64,000 bases of DNA from Verrucomicrobiota bacterium (GCA_039818205.1 JBCBUK010000002.1:32001-96000), one strand, 5' to 3'; positions 8,545-21,956 are shown, numbered from the stretch's first letter. Made by a program: numbers and translations. Notes: generated from the sequence alone by a model not told the origin.

Positions 8545-9909
8545 CTAGCTTTCTTCAGTCACGCTTTCCCAGACGCGAATCCATTCGTAGGACGTCGTTC
8601 GCTCTTCCTCGTTGCCGCGCTCAATCATATTACCTTCCGGCGGAACGGGATTCCAATCGTAGGTTTCAATCGCCATCTGCAGGTAAGCGGGCACATCCCA
8701 TTCAATCTTTGGGTTGATGGTATAGACGTGTTTGCCGTCGAGATAGAACAGCGCTTCGCTGGTTGACTTCCACCAGACCCCGTAAATGTAGTAGCGTTCG
8801 TGATTTTTGGTCTCCGTTGGTACGGAGTTCTGCAGCTGAAGCTTCTCTGGGTTGTGCTTGTTCTCCCGGTGGATCATGTTCGAGTGAAAAATCTGATCCC
8901 AGTCCTTGGCCCACTGTTCGGCTAGCTCGGAAACGGTTCCAACGCATTCCTGCACATCGAGCTCAAGCTTCTTGATGGTGGCACCCTTGGTCATCAACCA
9001 AAACGTCGAAGACATCTCCGTTGCGTTGGCCTTCATCTTGCATTCAAAAAACCAGCCGGGTTGGCCAGCATGGTGCGACCGAACAATGGCCCCCTCATAG
9101 AGAAATTCATGGTTTCGAATTGTCGTGGGTTCGTCCAACTCGCGAACGGTGATCTTCATCTTACCATCATCAACCTTGATGGTGTCTGTCGTAAACAGCC
9201 CAGGTGGACGTCCGATCCAATTCCAGCCGTTTCCCTTGGGCTCTGCTTGCCACTTTTCGCTATCCAATTCGGTACCTTCAAACTCGTCCGACATGTTGTC
9301 GACGATCCTCCATTTGACCGCCGCGTCGATGCCTTCTGCTTGCGGTCCAGCGGGCAAATCGCTGAGCTTGTAGCGGTCGATAAATCCCGGTGCTTGTGAC
9401 AATCGATCTCGATCCTCTGTGCGGCTGAGAAACTCTTTTTGGTCGGGCGAAACGAGATGCGCGTAAGCGTTTTCCCATTGGCGAAGGAGAGCGCGCGTAG
9501 CTGAATCGAAACGCCCGGATGGAACCTCGAATATCCGGCTATCGGCGCGCCGGATGGTCACCTCACCATCGACAATATCAAGAATCTGTGCCTCAATATT
9601 TCGTCCGTCGGCGCCTATCAGGCTGATCACTTCATAGCGTTCGAGAACGTCAACCTTAGGCGATGGTTTAGGGGGGATAGGCGCAGGTGCAGGTTTCGGT
9701 CGCTCAGGCGCCACCGTGGGCTTCGGCGGCGGTTCAGGGACCGGGGCGGGATCAATCTCAGCGACTTCAACGGGTGGTGCTGGGGTTTCCGGTGGTGCTT
9801 GTTCCGACGACTCTGGTGTCGGTTCCTTTTGGCTAGCGATAAAGACACCGATTCCCACCGGTATCGCCACCGAGATTACAAGAATGGATATCTTGGCAAT
9901 GCGGCTCAT
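8545..9909 (-). CDS. Membrane-anchored GH16 glycoside hydrolase (agarase/porphyranase-like) with Pro-rich linker and SHD1-like domain
   Basis: N-terminal TM; Pro-rich linker; GADGRNIEAQIL..GEVTIRRAD..FEVP (SHD1-like); SDEFEG.ELD..KW, MSSTFWL, catalytic ELDVQE, YGVWW, FYLDG. Confidence 0.85.
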   Translation of the reverse strand: MSRIAKISILVISVAIPVGIGVFIASQKEPTPESSEQAPPETPAPPVEVAEIDPAPVPEPPPKPTVAPERPKPAPAPIPPKPSPKVDVLERYEVISLIGADGRNIEAQILDIVDGEVTIRRADSRIFEVPSGRFDSATRALLRQWENAYAHLVSPDQKEFLSRTEDRDRLSQAPGFIDRYKLSDLPAGPQAEGIDAAVKWRIVDNMSDEFEGTELDSEKWQAEPKGNGWNWIGRPPGLFTTDTIKVDDGKMKITVRELDEPTTIRNHEFLYEGAIVRSHHAGQPGWFFECKMKANATEMSSTFWLMTKGATIKKLELDVQECVGTVSELAEQWAKDWDQIFHSNMIHRENKHNPEKLQLQNSVPTETKNHERYYIYGVWWKSTSEALFYLDGKHVYTINPKIEWDVPAYLQMAIETYDWNPVPPEGNMIERGNEEERTTSYEWIRVWESVTEES

Positions 9910-10600
9910 TGTTTAATCGAAGTATATTGGGCAAAGCATGGCCATCGATAGTTGTTGGCCATCTTTAAGCGCAACTTCGCCAACGCTTGAGGGCAAGCCT
10001 AATGCGGATTTTTGATCGGATAGCTAAATGTTATAAGCGTTTGAAGATTAGAGCATTTTGAATCTTCGATATCCAAAGATATCAGCATTGCCACCGTTTG
10101 TGTCGCCAATCTAACCCCGGTATTGCAAGGAAACCTTTTTGACCTTTGGATTGCAAATGAACCAATGCGTCAGAGATCCAGTTATCGTCGTTTGAATTCA
10201 TTGGAACCAATAAGGGGCGATGGGTCGTTGCCGTATCGAATCGTTCTGGCCAGTTAGTGAAATATTCTGAAGGAATACGCCGCCGTCCTGTCATCTCCAG
10301 ATCCTACCAGAGGGCCATTGCCTGGCGCCTCGACTCGAACGACGGCATCCTTCCAATGTTTCGTAAAGATGGCCGGTTATGCGTCTAATGTTAGGCTAGA
10401 TTGAGGTGCTTGTTAATTATAGTTGTGCGTCCCGTTTATAATCGAATGGGCCTCGATGACCTGCTGGTCGATCCATCGCATAAAGCGTTAAAAGCTAGTG
10501 CATTGGGCGTTTGCGAAAGAATGAACAAAATGAAAAACGCTCGGTTCATCTGCACATGCGGCTTGATTTGCGCCCTACCGTTGCTCTACCGTAGCATTCC

Positions 10601-11290
10601 ATGTCTGACGGATCCGATTTTTCGTCCTTTGATTCCAGTGCAACGCCGGGATCAGGGACGATGCTTGCCCCCATTATGATTGCCTTATTGGGTGTGCTAT
10701 TGGGTGGCGCCGCTCTCTATTTTAGTTTGACCGGGTCGGGAGACACCAACCAGGCGCAGACGGATCTCGAAGCAATAACGGCCAAAGCGGAAGGCCTGGA
10801 AACGCGAATTCGCGACCTCGAGGCCAAATACACTGACCAGGCGAGCAAACTGTCCTCGCTTGAACAACAGATTCGTTTAATGGCACGTGATACGCAAGGA
10901 GCGCTCAACCAAGTCGGCGTCGAGATCAACCGCAACCGCGAGCAGATTGGACAATCCGCTGATAAACTCACTGAGTTGATCGAAACCTTGAATCGCTCTG
11001 GACGTCCAGCCGCCCTGCCGCCAGCGCCTGAGCGAACCGCAGCGACGGAGGCCGCGACCGCGCGTCTGCCGGTTGCTACGGTGCCTGACCGCCCGCCCGT
11101 TGAGGAGGCAGCTTCGGCGCCAGTCGTGATTGCGCCAGCAGCCAAGGTCCATACTATCCGTGCGGGTGACACGTTTACGAAACTCAGCCAGCAGTACAGC
11201 ATTTCCGTAGCCGCAATTTTGGCGGCGAATCCCGATGTGGATCCACGCCGTCTAGCGGTCGGGCAAAAGATCAAGATTCCGGGCCAGTAG
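10601..11290 (+). CDS. LysM-domain membrane protein with coiled coil
   Basis: TM helix, coiled coil, C-terminal HTIRAGDTFTKLSQQY..ILAANP..LAVGQKIKIP. Confidence 0.9.
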   Translation: MSDGSDFSSFDSSATPGSGTMLAPIMIALLGVLLGGAALYFSLTGSGDTNQAQTDLEAITAKAEGLETRIRDLEAKYTDQASKLSSLEQQIRLMARDTQGALNQVGVEINRNREQIGQSADKLTELIETLNRSGRPAALPPAPERTAATEAATARLPVATVPDRPPVEEAASAPVVIAPAAKVHTIRAGDTFTKLSQQYSISVAAILAANPDVDPRRLAVGQKIKIPGQ

Positions 11291-11355
11291 CGACGACCCT
11301 CGCCGGCTGCGCTTTGCGATTGAATAAAAGCGTCAGGTCGCCAACCTGAGCCGGC

Positions 11356-11952
11356 ATGAGCCACTTGCCACCGTCCCACTGGGAACTTTTGAAGTCCACG
11401 CATCACGCCGATTGCAAAGTATACACTGTCTACAAGGAGCGCTTTCGGCACCCGAAGGATGGACGCGAGGGTGACTTCTACACGATGAAGTGTAACGACT
11501 GGGTGCAAGTGCTTGCGCTCACGGCGGATCGTGAGCTCGTCATGGTTAACCAGTATCGCTTTGGAGTCCGCACGACCTCCTGGGAAGTGCCTGGCGGGGT
11601 TATTGATGACGAAGACCCCAATCCGATTGTTGCCGGAGAACGTGAGTTGGTGGAAGAAACAGGTTACGTTGGCGAGAACGCACAATACCTTGGCTGGTGC
11701 CATCCGAATCCTGCCCTCGCCAATAATCGTTCTCACTTCGTGCTCGTCGAAAATTGCCACCTGCGCGAGGGCCAAAACCTCGACCCCAATGAAGAGGTGC
11801 AGGTGAAAGTAGTTCCGGTCGAGGAAGCGATCGCTATGGCCAAGCACGGTGAGATTACCCACTCCATCGGGATCAACGCCATCTTTTGGCTCCAGCGCGT
11901 GCTGGACGGCGAAGACTTCTCCGGCGTTGAGTTTGAACCTGCGGTGGGGTAG
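11356..11952 (+). CDS. Nudix hydrolase (ADP-ribose pyrophosphatase-like)
   Basis: Nudix box EVPGG..D..P..AGERELVEETGY; QYRFG. Confidence 0.9.
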   Translation: MSHLPPSHWELLKSTHHADCKVYTVYKERFRHPKDGREGDFYTMKCNDWVQVLALTADRELVMVNQYRFGVRTTSWEVPGGVIDDEDPNPIVAGERELVEETGYVGENAQYLGWCHPNPALANNRSHFVLVENCHLREGQNLDPNEEVQVKVVPVEEAIAMAKHGEITHSIGINAIFWLQRVLDGEDFSGVEFEPAVG

Positions 11953-12024
11953 GAATGACCCAAGTGGATTGAGCCGCAATTTCGCGTTGCCAAGTGGGGT
12001 TAGGGCGTAAAACTCCGGTGCGAT

Positions 12025-13011
12025 ATGGCTAATCCTTTCAAACTTATTGGTGTTGGATCACCGGTCGTCGATACCTTGGCGTCGGTAGAGGATACTTTCA
12101 TTGCAGACAATGTAGCGGGCGCCAAGGGCGGCATGGAACTGGTGGACGGCACCGGTATCTCGCAGATCACCAGCAAGCTGGATGCGCCCTTGGCCAAGGC
12201 GCCCGGCGGTTCAGCGGGTAACACCGCAGTCGGGGTTGCTCAATTGGGATTGCCGACGACTTTCCTTGGAAAGCTGGGCAATGATGATATTGCCGATTTC
12301 TACCGTGATAGTTTCAAGGCTGTTGGTGGCGATGTTAGCCGTTTCAAGATTGGCGACATTGAGAATGCGCACTGCGTCTCTTTGGTTACGCCAGACTCCG
12401 AGCGCACCATGCGCACCAATCTAGCAGCCGCGATGACCTTGGCACCCGATGAGATCACCGCCGAGGACTTTGCCGGCGTCGATCATGCTCACATCGAAGG
12501 CTACTTGCTCTTCAACCGCGATCTCTTGTTTCGCGTCTTGGAGTGTGCCAAAGAAGCGGGCTGCACGGTAAGCGTGGATCTTGCTTCGTTCGAAGTTGTT
12601 GGTGCTGCCAAAGACATTTTGCCAGACGTATTGAAGAACTTCGTCGACATCGTATTCGCCAATGAAGATGAAGCCAATGCCTTCACGGGCTTGGGTGACG
12701 ACTATGAAGGCATGGTTGGAGAGTTGTCTAAGCTGTGCGGCGTTGCCGTGGTCAAGCTTGGCAAGGCCGGTTCACTCGTCCAGCAAGGCGACGAAATTCA
12801 CCGTATTGATCCGATCGTGATCGATAATGCCATCGACACCACGGGTGCTGGCGACCTTTGGGCTTCGGGCTTCCTCTACGGCTGGCTCAGCGGAAAAGAC
12901 CTGCCGACCTGCGGTCGCTACGGCTCGGTGCTAGGTGCCGAAGTGGTGCAAATCATGGGCGCGGCCATTCCGGAAGAACGCTGGCAAGCAATCCGCGATA
13001 CGCTTGATTAA
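12025..13011 (+). CDS. PfkB family carbohydrate/adenosine kinase
   Basis: GGSAGNT, FANEDEA, DTTGAGD signatures. Confidence 0.9.
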   Translation: MANPFKLIGVGSPVVDTLASVEDTFIADNVAGAKGGMELVDGTGISQITSKLDAPLAKAPGGSAGNTAVGVAQLGLPTTFLGKLGNDDIADFYRDSFKAVGGDVSRFKIGDIENAHCVSLVTPDSERTMRTNLAAAMTLAPDEITAEDFAGVDHAHIEGYLLFNRDLLFRVLECAKEAGCTVSVDLASFEVVGAAKDILPDVLKNFVDIVFANEDEANAFTGLGDDYEGMVGELSKLCGVAVVKLGKAGSLVQQGDEIHRIDPIVIDNAIDTTGAGDLWASGFLYGWLSGKDLPTCGRYGSVLGAEVVQIMGAAIPEERWQAIRDTLD

Positions 13012-13922
13012 TTTGGCACTGGGTCGAGGCCCAAGTCTTTTCTGAGGCTCGCCTGTTTGGGGCGATTGAGTTCCCAATAGTTCACGTTCATCTCGCGATG
13101 AGTCAACGTGGCGGTCGTGCTTAAGCCGCTGCGTTCATTGCCCTCGCTCCAGGAACGGATGATGTAGGGAAATGCTTCGTCAAAAGTGATGGTGAGCTTG
13201 CGGCTAAGATCTGGATAGGTGACCGTATAGGTTAGCTGCTCGCCTTGCTTTGTCAGGCTGCCTTCAGCGGCAAAAACGGTTGGATCTTGATGAATAAACC
13301 GAAAAAACATCTGGCTCGGCATCATCTGAAATTTGCCCATGGGTAACGAGGCCGGATTGAGTCGAACGGCGGTGAACAGCTCTTCCTCGAGCCAGGCGTC
13401 TTCGTTGGGAAGCTTACTATCCCCGTCGCCTTCACTCTGAAAATACGAAAACGACTGTATGCGCCAATCGCTGCCGTGGCGGTTGATTTGGGTAAAAACC
13501 TGGCCGCACCAATCCTGGACGCTAAAGGTTTCCTTCAGGGCATGCGGGGCATCCAGCGGTTCGATTGGCGTAAAGGTGCTGAGCATTGTTCGATAGGAAT
13601 ACAGCCCCGTATTGAATGTGCGAAGAGCGTTTAGCTTGAGAATTGGAACTGAGCCCGCACCACCGCGATCACTCTTCACCTGGCCCTGAAGGTCAAAAGG
13701 CTCAGTCACGAAAATAAATTCAGCGTGCCCAGGGTGGATTTGGCCGTAGCGCGATTGCTTGAGGTCATAGCGACAGAGCTCAGCGCCGCTGAACCAAAAA
13801 TCGTTCACCTGCTTTATTGTCGATTCGGGCGCGGCGGAAACTGATTCGGCGTTGGGCTTGGCTTGGCAAGCAACCAGAAAGGGGAGTGCGGCAACAATGG
13901 TGACGTGGAGCGTGGCTTTCAT
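13008..13922 (-). CDS. Conserved hypothetical lipoprotein
   Basis: Lipobox LVAC after ATG 13922; QSRYGQ..G.A..IFVTEPF, LKLN..R.F.TG.Y.Y, QDWCGQ, SYFQSEGD. Confidence 0.7.
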   Translation of the reverse strand: MKATLHVTIVAALPFLVACQAKPNAESVSAAPESTIKQVNDFWFSGAELCRYDLKQSRYGQIHPGHAEFIFVTEPFDLQGQVKSDRGGAGSVPILKLNALRTFNTGLYSYRTMLSTFTPIEPLDAPHALKETFSVQDWCGQVFTQINRHGSDWRIQSFSYFQSEGDGDSKLPNEDAWLEEELFTAVRLNPASLPMGKFQMMPSQMFFRFIHQDPTVFAAEGSLTKQGEQLTYTVTYPDLSRKLTITFDEAFPYIIRSWSEGNERSGLSTTATLTHREMNVNYWELNRPKQASLRKDLGLDPVPN

Positions 13923-14034
13923 AGGCAAAACGCTACCACGTTTTCGCATGGATGCCAATCGTGAGCTGATTTTAACATCCGCCGGGCCAAACTAGTCTTG
14001 CGCAACGCGGGAATTCCCGTTGATTCGAGCGGAC

Positions 14035-14724
14035 ATGCCAGCACCAGAAATGCATCGGAGTGATCGAATTGGTTGGCTGAGGGCAGCCGTCCTTGGAGCG
14101 AATGATGGTATTCTTTCGACTGCCAGTGTTGTAGTCGGCGTAGCCTCGGCCAACACATCGCACGAAGGAGTCCTAGTCGCTGGGCTGGCGGCGATGGTTG
14201 CAGGAGCCATGTCAATGGCCGCCGGAGAATATGTTTCAGTTTATTCTCAAGCCGATACCGAGCAGGCCGACCTGGAGCTCGAAAAGGCGGAGTTGGAGCG
14301 CGATCCCGAGGGAGAGTTGGAGGAGCTCACTGGGATTTACGTTGATCGCGGCGTTGAACGCGATCTGGCGAGGCAAGTCGCAATCCAACTCACGGCCAAG
14401 GACGCACTCGGCACTCATGCTCGTGATGAATTGGGAATCACTGAGATCGCGACGCCGCGGCCCTTTCAGGCGGCTTGGTCGTCGGCCGCAGCCTTTGCTG
14501 CCGGTGCCTCTGCGCCCTTCGTCACGGCATTCTTCGTTCGCGGTCCTAGTGCGATCTGGGCAGTATCGATTGTCTCGTTGCTGGCCCTGGCAACCTTGGG
14601 TAGTATCGCAGCGAAAGCCGGAGGGGCTTCGGCACCGCGGGCCGCGATGCGTGTGACCTTCTGGGGAGCGCTTGCCATGGGGGTCACCGGCGCCGTGGGT
14701 CATCTATTTGGCGTTAGCGGCTAG
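14035..14724 (+). CDS. VIT1/CCC1 family Fe2+/Mn2+ transporter
   Basis: WLRAAVLGANDGILS, SMAAGEYVSV, HARDELGI. Confidence 0.92.
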   Translation: MPAPEMHRSDRIGWLRAAVLGANDGILSTASVVVGVASANTSHEGVLVAGLAAMVAGAMSMAAGEYVSVYSQADTEQADLELEKAELERDPEGELEELTGIYVDRGVERDLARQVAIQLTAKDALGTHARDELGITEIATPRPFQAAWSSAAAFAAGASAPFVTAFFVRGPSAIWAVSIVSLLALATLGSIAAKAGGASAPRAAMRVTFWGALAMGVTGAVGHLFGVSG

Positions 14725-15938
14725 TCGTTGGTTATATAGAACCGAAACGTACTCCCAACGCCCTCGGCGCTTTGGACGGTGATCTCGCCACGGTGTTCGG
14801 CTACTGCCGCCTTGCAGAAAGCCAGTCCAAGTCCGATAGACTCATGGTTTCCGGATTTTCCGGAGAAGTATTGGTCAAAGATGGCTTCTCGTTCCTCGGC
14901 TGGAATTCCAGTGCCTGAGTCCTCGACTTCGAAAAGGGTTAAGCGCCCGTTCTCAATTGGACGAACACGCAATTCAACCTGGCCACCCTTGGGGGTGTAT
15001 TTAAACGCATTTGCCAGCAGGTTCTCAATGATTCGGTTGAGCAGATCAGGATCGGCGTAGAAGGCCTCCGGGCATCTTTCTAACTGGGCTTGAAAGCCAA
15101 TGCCGCAGCCTTTCGCCTGGATTGTTGCCTGTTCGATGATACCGGTGAGCACCTCCTCTGAGGCAATGTATTTTCGGCGCACCGAAAGCTCCGTTACTTT
15201 CGTTTTGTTGGAAACGATAAAGCTGTGCAACATGTTGTTCATTTCCACACAGCTATGCGTGCACATTTCGAGCACTTCTCGCTGATCATCCTCTAGACTA
15301 TCAGCCTCTTCGAGGATTTGAAGCGCAAGCCGTATGGTATGGAGCGGGTTCTTTAGGTCGTGGAGCATCATCTGAACGAGCTCAACGTTCTTCTCTTCGG
15401 CCATTTCCAGTTGCATACTAGTGTCCATTAGAGTTTCTGCGGTCCGTCGAAGCTCGATCTCTCGAGATACGAGTAAACCAATGTCTTCGGCGAGTTGAAC
15501 CTCTTGATCGGTCCAATTTCTTGGCTCGGTATCGATAACGCAGTATGCTCCCAGAACGTGGCCCCGCTGGGACTTCAATGGAACACCCAGGTAGGCGGCG
15601 ATTCCGAAAGCCTCGACTGCCAGATTCATGCTCACGCGATAGTCATCGCGGGCGTTATTGACCACTAAGGGTTTCGCATCCCAGACGACATGCTTACAAA
15701 ATGAATGACTTAGGGGCGTGCCGCCCTGTTTGCGAATAGCGCTCGGCAAACCGCACGAGCCCGCAAAATGCTGGTGGTCTTCCGCGACCAACGAAACCAG
15801 TGCGATTGACGTGCCGAATAGCTCAGAACCAATGCGTGAAAAACGATCGAAAATTTCATCTTCACTGACATCAAGCAGACCAGTGTCGATGAGGTCATTT
15901 AAGCGATCTTTGTTGCCGGTGGACTGCCTTTGCAGCAT
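14721..15938 (-). CDS. GAF-domain sensor histidine kinase
   Basis: GAF (FDRF, HSFCKHVV, AYLGVPL); H-box HDLKNP; N, G1 (DSGTGI) and G2 (GLGLAFCK) boxes. Confidence 0.92.
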   Translation of the reverse strand: MLQRQSTGNKDRLNDLIDTGLLDVSEDEIFDRFSRIGSELFGTSIALVSLVAEDHQHFAGSCGLPSAIRKQGGTPLSHSFCKHVVWDAKPLVVNNARDDYRVSMNLAVEAFGIAAYLGVPLKSQRGHVLGAYCVIDTEPRNWTDQEVQLAEDIGLLVSREIELRRTAETLMDTSMQLEMAEEKNVELVQMMLHDLKNPLHTIRLALQILEEADSLEDDQREVLEMCTHSCVEMNNMLHSFIVSNKTKVTELSVRRKYIASEEVLTGIIEQATIQAKGCGIGFQAQLERCPEAFYADPDLLNRIIENLLANAFKYTPKGGQVELRVRPIENGRLTLFEVEDSGTGIPAEEREAIFDQYFSGKSGNHESIGLGLAFCKAAVAEHRGEITVQSAEGVGSTFRFYITND

Positions 15939-16094
15939 AAGTTGAATTTGTTGAGATAAAGTCTAGATCTGTCTCTAGGGCGAGAGACAATGGGGTTATT
16001 TGCTTTATTTTTTGATAGGCATATTTGCCCAAAAATTAAGCGTTTAGTCGGGAATTTAACGACGCTGATCGTTTAACACCGGCGGATGGATCCG

Positions 16095-17285
16095 CTATTT
16101 CGCGTAGTAGCTGAGCAAACCGCTAATCACACCTTCGGCATACTCCTCAAGCAGCGCATCCCGATCGTCGCCAAGCCTCAGGTAGAAATCATCCGCGTTG
16201 GCAACACAGGGTTCCAGAAACACAGTCGGGCATTCAAATAGCCGATTAGCCATCAGGTTACGCGCCCAAACATAGGGATTCTCGTCGACGCGGATAGCAT
16301 TACTCCCGGTATACACATGAGGTGGCAGATCGTTAATCTGTCGAAAACTCTTGGTGAACGCGTTTGCAAGACCGCGCTCTTCCTCCCAGGATCGGTTCAG
16401 GAGTTTAATCAACATCTGAAGTCGTTGATCATCAAAGCTTAATTCGTTTTTACTATAGGCTCCATTAATTAGGTAGTGCGCGTAGCCACGTTCGGCCAAG
16501 GAGCGGTCCTTAGGAAAATGTGTGGCGTCCACATGGAGACAAAGAACGAGGTCTGGCTGGATATCCTCGTTTACGATCCGGGCCCGGGCCCGGATTTCGC
16601 TAACCCGGTAGAACAAGAGATTGGCTAAGGCCGTGATGCGCTTCTCTTGGTCTTCAATCTGGATATCCAGGCCAGGGGTGAGGGCGTCTTTTTCGGCAAT
16701 GAGTTCCGCTGCACGTGGACGCAAGGTGTCGGGGGTATCGGTGGTGACTGGTTTGGGTTCGGAGCGAACGAGATTTACGGTGGCGCCCAGCGCCTCGAGC
16801 CGCGGTTTCAATCGTTGCGCGACTTCAAGAACGAAGTCCCCCTCCCGGAAGAGCGGACCGTCGTCGGTTTTCCAGCTTCGATGTTCCATCGCTGCAAAGT
16901 CTCCACCAATGTGCCCCGGATCAAGTGCGACAACAATCCCTCCCAGTGGCTTATCTGGTTGGTCGTCAATGAGTTCATTTCTGGACTGCCAATAGCGCGG
17001 GCTGGCGCTGGGCGCTTCATCAATCGGGCGAAACCTGAGTTTGAACGGCTCGGAGTCACCCGTGAAGCGCTTGATCAGCGCGTGGGTGGGAAAGATTTCA
17101 ATCCATTCGTTGGCGGCTTCATTGGGGGCGTATTGGCTTTCGAGCAACCATCGGAAATCCGAGAACGTGACTTGGGCTTGATAATTTTCCAGCTGGCCCC
17201 AATCTGGCGATTTTCCCATCGAGGTCAGTTTTTCGGCCGCAAGATTGCTCATACAGATCAAGCTGAATAGAAACGCCAATCGCAT
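16095..17285 (-). CDS. Secreted N-acetylmuramoyl-L-alanine amidase (Amidase_3-like)
   Basis: ATG 17285 with signal peptide MRLAFLFSLICMSNLAA; LDPGHIGG, REG, LCLHVDA, VFLEP Zn/catalytic residues. Confidence 0.75.
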   Translation of the reverse strand: MRLAFLFSLICMSNLAAEKLTSMGKSPDWGQLENYQAQVTFSDFRWLLESQYAPNEAANEWIEIFPTHALIKRFTGDSEPFKLRFRPIDEAPSASPRYWQSRNELIDDQPDKPLGGIVVALDPGHIGGDFAAMEHRSWKTDDGPLFREGDFVLEVAQRLKPRLEALGATVNLVRSEPKPVTTDTPDTLRPRAAELIAEKDALTPGLDIQIEDQEKRITALANLLFYRVSEIRARARIVNEDIQPDLVLCLHVDATHFPKDRSLAERGYAHYLINGAYSKNELSFDDQRLQMLIKLLNRSWEEERGLANAFTKSFRQINDLPPHVYTGSNAIRVDENPYVWARNLMANRLFECPTVFLEPCVANADDFYLRLGDDRDALLEEYAEGVISGLLSYYAK

Positions 17286-17303
17286 CTCAATATCTTTGCC
17301 CTG

Positions 17304-18035
17304 ATGTCTATCGCCAAACAACTGGAAAATGCGGCAATCGTGCTTCGTAACGCCGTCGACACCCTGAAATTTGCCGCGCCGGTTACCCACGTTTACAACC
17401 CGCTGGACTATGCCATCGAGCCGCATCGCCAACTGATACAGCGTTACGGAAACTCCCGGAAGCGAGTCATCTTCATGGGAATGAATCCAGGACCATTTGG
17501 CATGGCGCAAACGGGAGTGCCTTTTGGCGAAATCACAGCCGTGCGGGATTGGATGGGGATCGAGGCCCCGGTGTCCCGCCCGGACAACGAGCATCCCAAG
17601 CGGCCTGTGGATGGATTTGCGTGCACGAAGAGCGAGGTTAGCGGACAGCGCCTTTGGGGGCTCATGAAGGAGCGTTTTGGTTCCGCGGAGACGTTTTTTT
17701 CAGATCACTATGTGGTGAACTACTGCCCGCTGCTATTCCTGGATGGCGCTGACGGAAAGTGTCGCAATTTGACGCCCGATAAGTTCAAGGCGTCCCAAAC
17801 AGAGGCCCTTTATGCGGCTTGCGACGCCCATTTGCTGGCTGTCCTCGATGCCTTGGAGCCCGAATGGTTGATTGGGGTGGGCAACTTTGGCATGGAGCAG
17901 CTGTCCAAAGTCGGATGGTCCAAGCCCCACAAAATCGGCAAGGTTCTGCACCCAAGCCCGGCGAGTCCTGCGGCAAATCGTGGTTGGGCCGAGGCAGCAA
18001 CTAAACAATTAATTGAGCAAGGTGTCTGGTCCTAG
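17304..18035 (+). CDS. SMUG1-type (family 3) single-strand-selective uracil-DNA glycosylase
   Basis: YNPLDYA, GMNPGPFGMAQTGVPFG, SEVSGQRLW, NYCPL, LHPSPASP. Confidence 0.93.
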   Translation: MSIAKQLENAAIVLRNAVDTLKFAAPVTHVYNPLDYAIEPHRQLIQRYGNSRKRVIFMGMNPGPFGMAQTGVPFGEITAVRDWMGIEAPVSRPDNEHPKRPVDGFACTKSEVSGQRLWGLMKERFGSAETFFSDHYVVNYCPLLFLDGADGKCRNLTPDKFKASQTEALYAACDAHLLAVLDALEPEWLIGVGNFGMEQLSKVGWSKPHKIGKVLHPSPASPAANRGWAEAATKQLIEQGVWS

Positions 18036-18048
18036 CGGTTCAATAGCA

Positions 18049-18381
18049 ATGTATTTTCTAGCATCTAAGCCAGAAGCGCTCGCGAGCAGTGGGCAGCAGT
18101 ATTGGGACCACGACCTTCTGAAGATGAAGGTTAACGCGGATACGGCTGCCTACGTGGCCTTTGCCGATGAAATCCTGGCCGAGCATTATATCGCCGCGCG
18201 ACAAGCGAGCGAAGTGGCTTATGCGCGTCCTGTGGCCACTTTTGATATTGAGCTGCTGGATGAGCTGGATGGCGGATCCATCGTGTTTTTTGGCGATCAA
18301 TCCATTCTGGAGGAATCGCTTCGCCTAGGGGCTGAATTCGATTTTTCGCGTCTGCTGAGGCCTTTCAAAACCAGCGATTAG
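18049..18381 (+). CDS. Hypothetical protein
   Basis: ATG 14 nt after the UDG stop, co-directional, plausible composition. Confidence 0.55.
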   Translation: MYFLASKPEALASSGQQYWDHDLLKMKVNADTAAYVAFADEILAEHYIAARQASEVAYARPVATFDIELLDELDGGSIVFFGDQSILEESLRLGAEFDFSRLLRPFKTSD

Positions 18382-18494
18382 CTCACTCGTAGGCGATTCA
18401 TCGAATGAACCGATGGGTTTCTGACGCAAAAAGGTTGCGCTGGACCGGAGTGGTGCCAAAACTCCGCCAAATTTTGCCCAAATAACGCTCTGAC

Positions 18495-21725
<3,231 letters not shown>

Positions 21726-21758
21726 TTCGGCGGCACTGATAAATTTCCCATTGTTTCG

Positions 21759-21795
21759 AACGGCATTTGTCACATGGCAAATGCCGTTTTCTTTT
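21759..21795 (+). terminator. Rho-independent terminator of carB
   Basis: AACGGCATTTGTCA/TGGCAAATGCCGTT stem followed by TTCTTTT. Confidence 0.8.
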
Positions 21796-21898
21796 GTCGG
21801 ATGATTCGGGCTTGGAGGGCAATCCTTGTCGTACTGTTGAACGCAGACGCACTGCTTTTTGTATCGTTTTGGTATAAAACCAACCGAAATCGCATGAG

Positions 21899-21956
21899 TG
21901 TGACGTTTATGTTACGCGAGCGTCACGTGTTCGTAATATGTGACAGAAGTTTAACA
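21899..21956 (+). promoter_or_regulatory. Pho-box-like (OmpR/PhoB-type) direct repeats upstream of the TonB operon
   Basis: GTGACG(21900), GTTACG(21911), GTCACG(21922), GTAATA(21933) at exact 11-bp spacing; second pair GTGACA(21940)/TTAACA(21951). Confidence 0.6.

Noticed and set aside
9910..10600. 690-nt intergenic region with short ORFs (10082..10294, 10401..10679), possible gene remnant
   Set aside because: The minus-strand frames I translated and the track ORFs show no recognisable motif; cannot support a gene or RNA call.
10717..11979. 420-aa minus-strand ORF
   Set aside because: Overlaps the clearly recognisable LysM and Nudix genes in antisense; no family features.
17286..17594. N-terminal extension of the amidase ORF in the track
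   Set aside because: Overlaps the SMUG1 gene; a signal peptide starts at ATG 17285.
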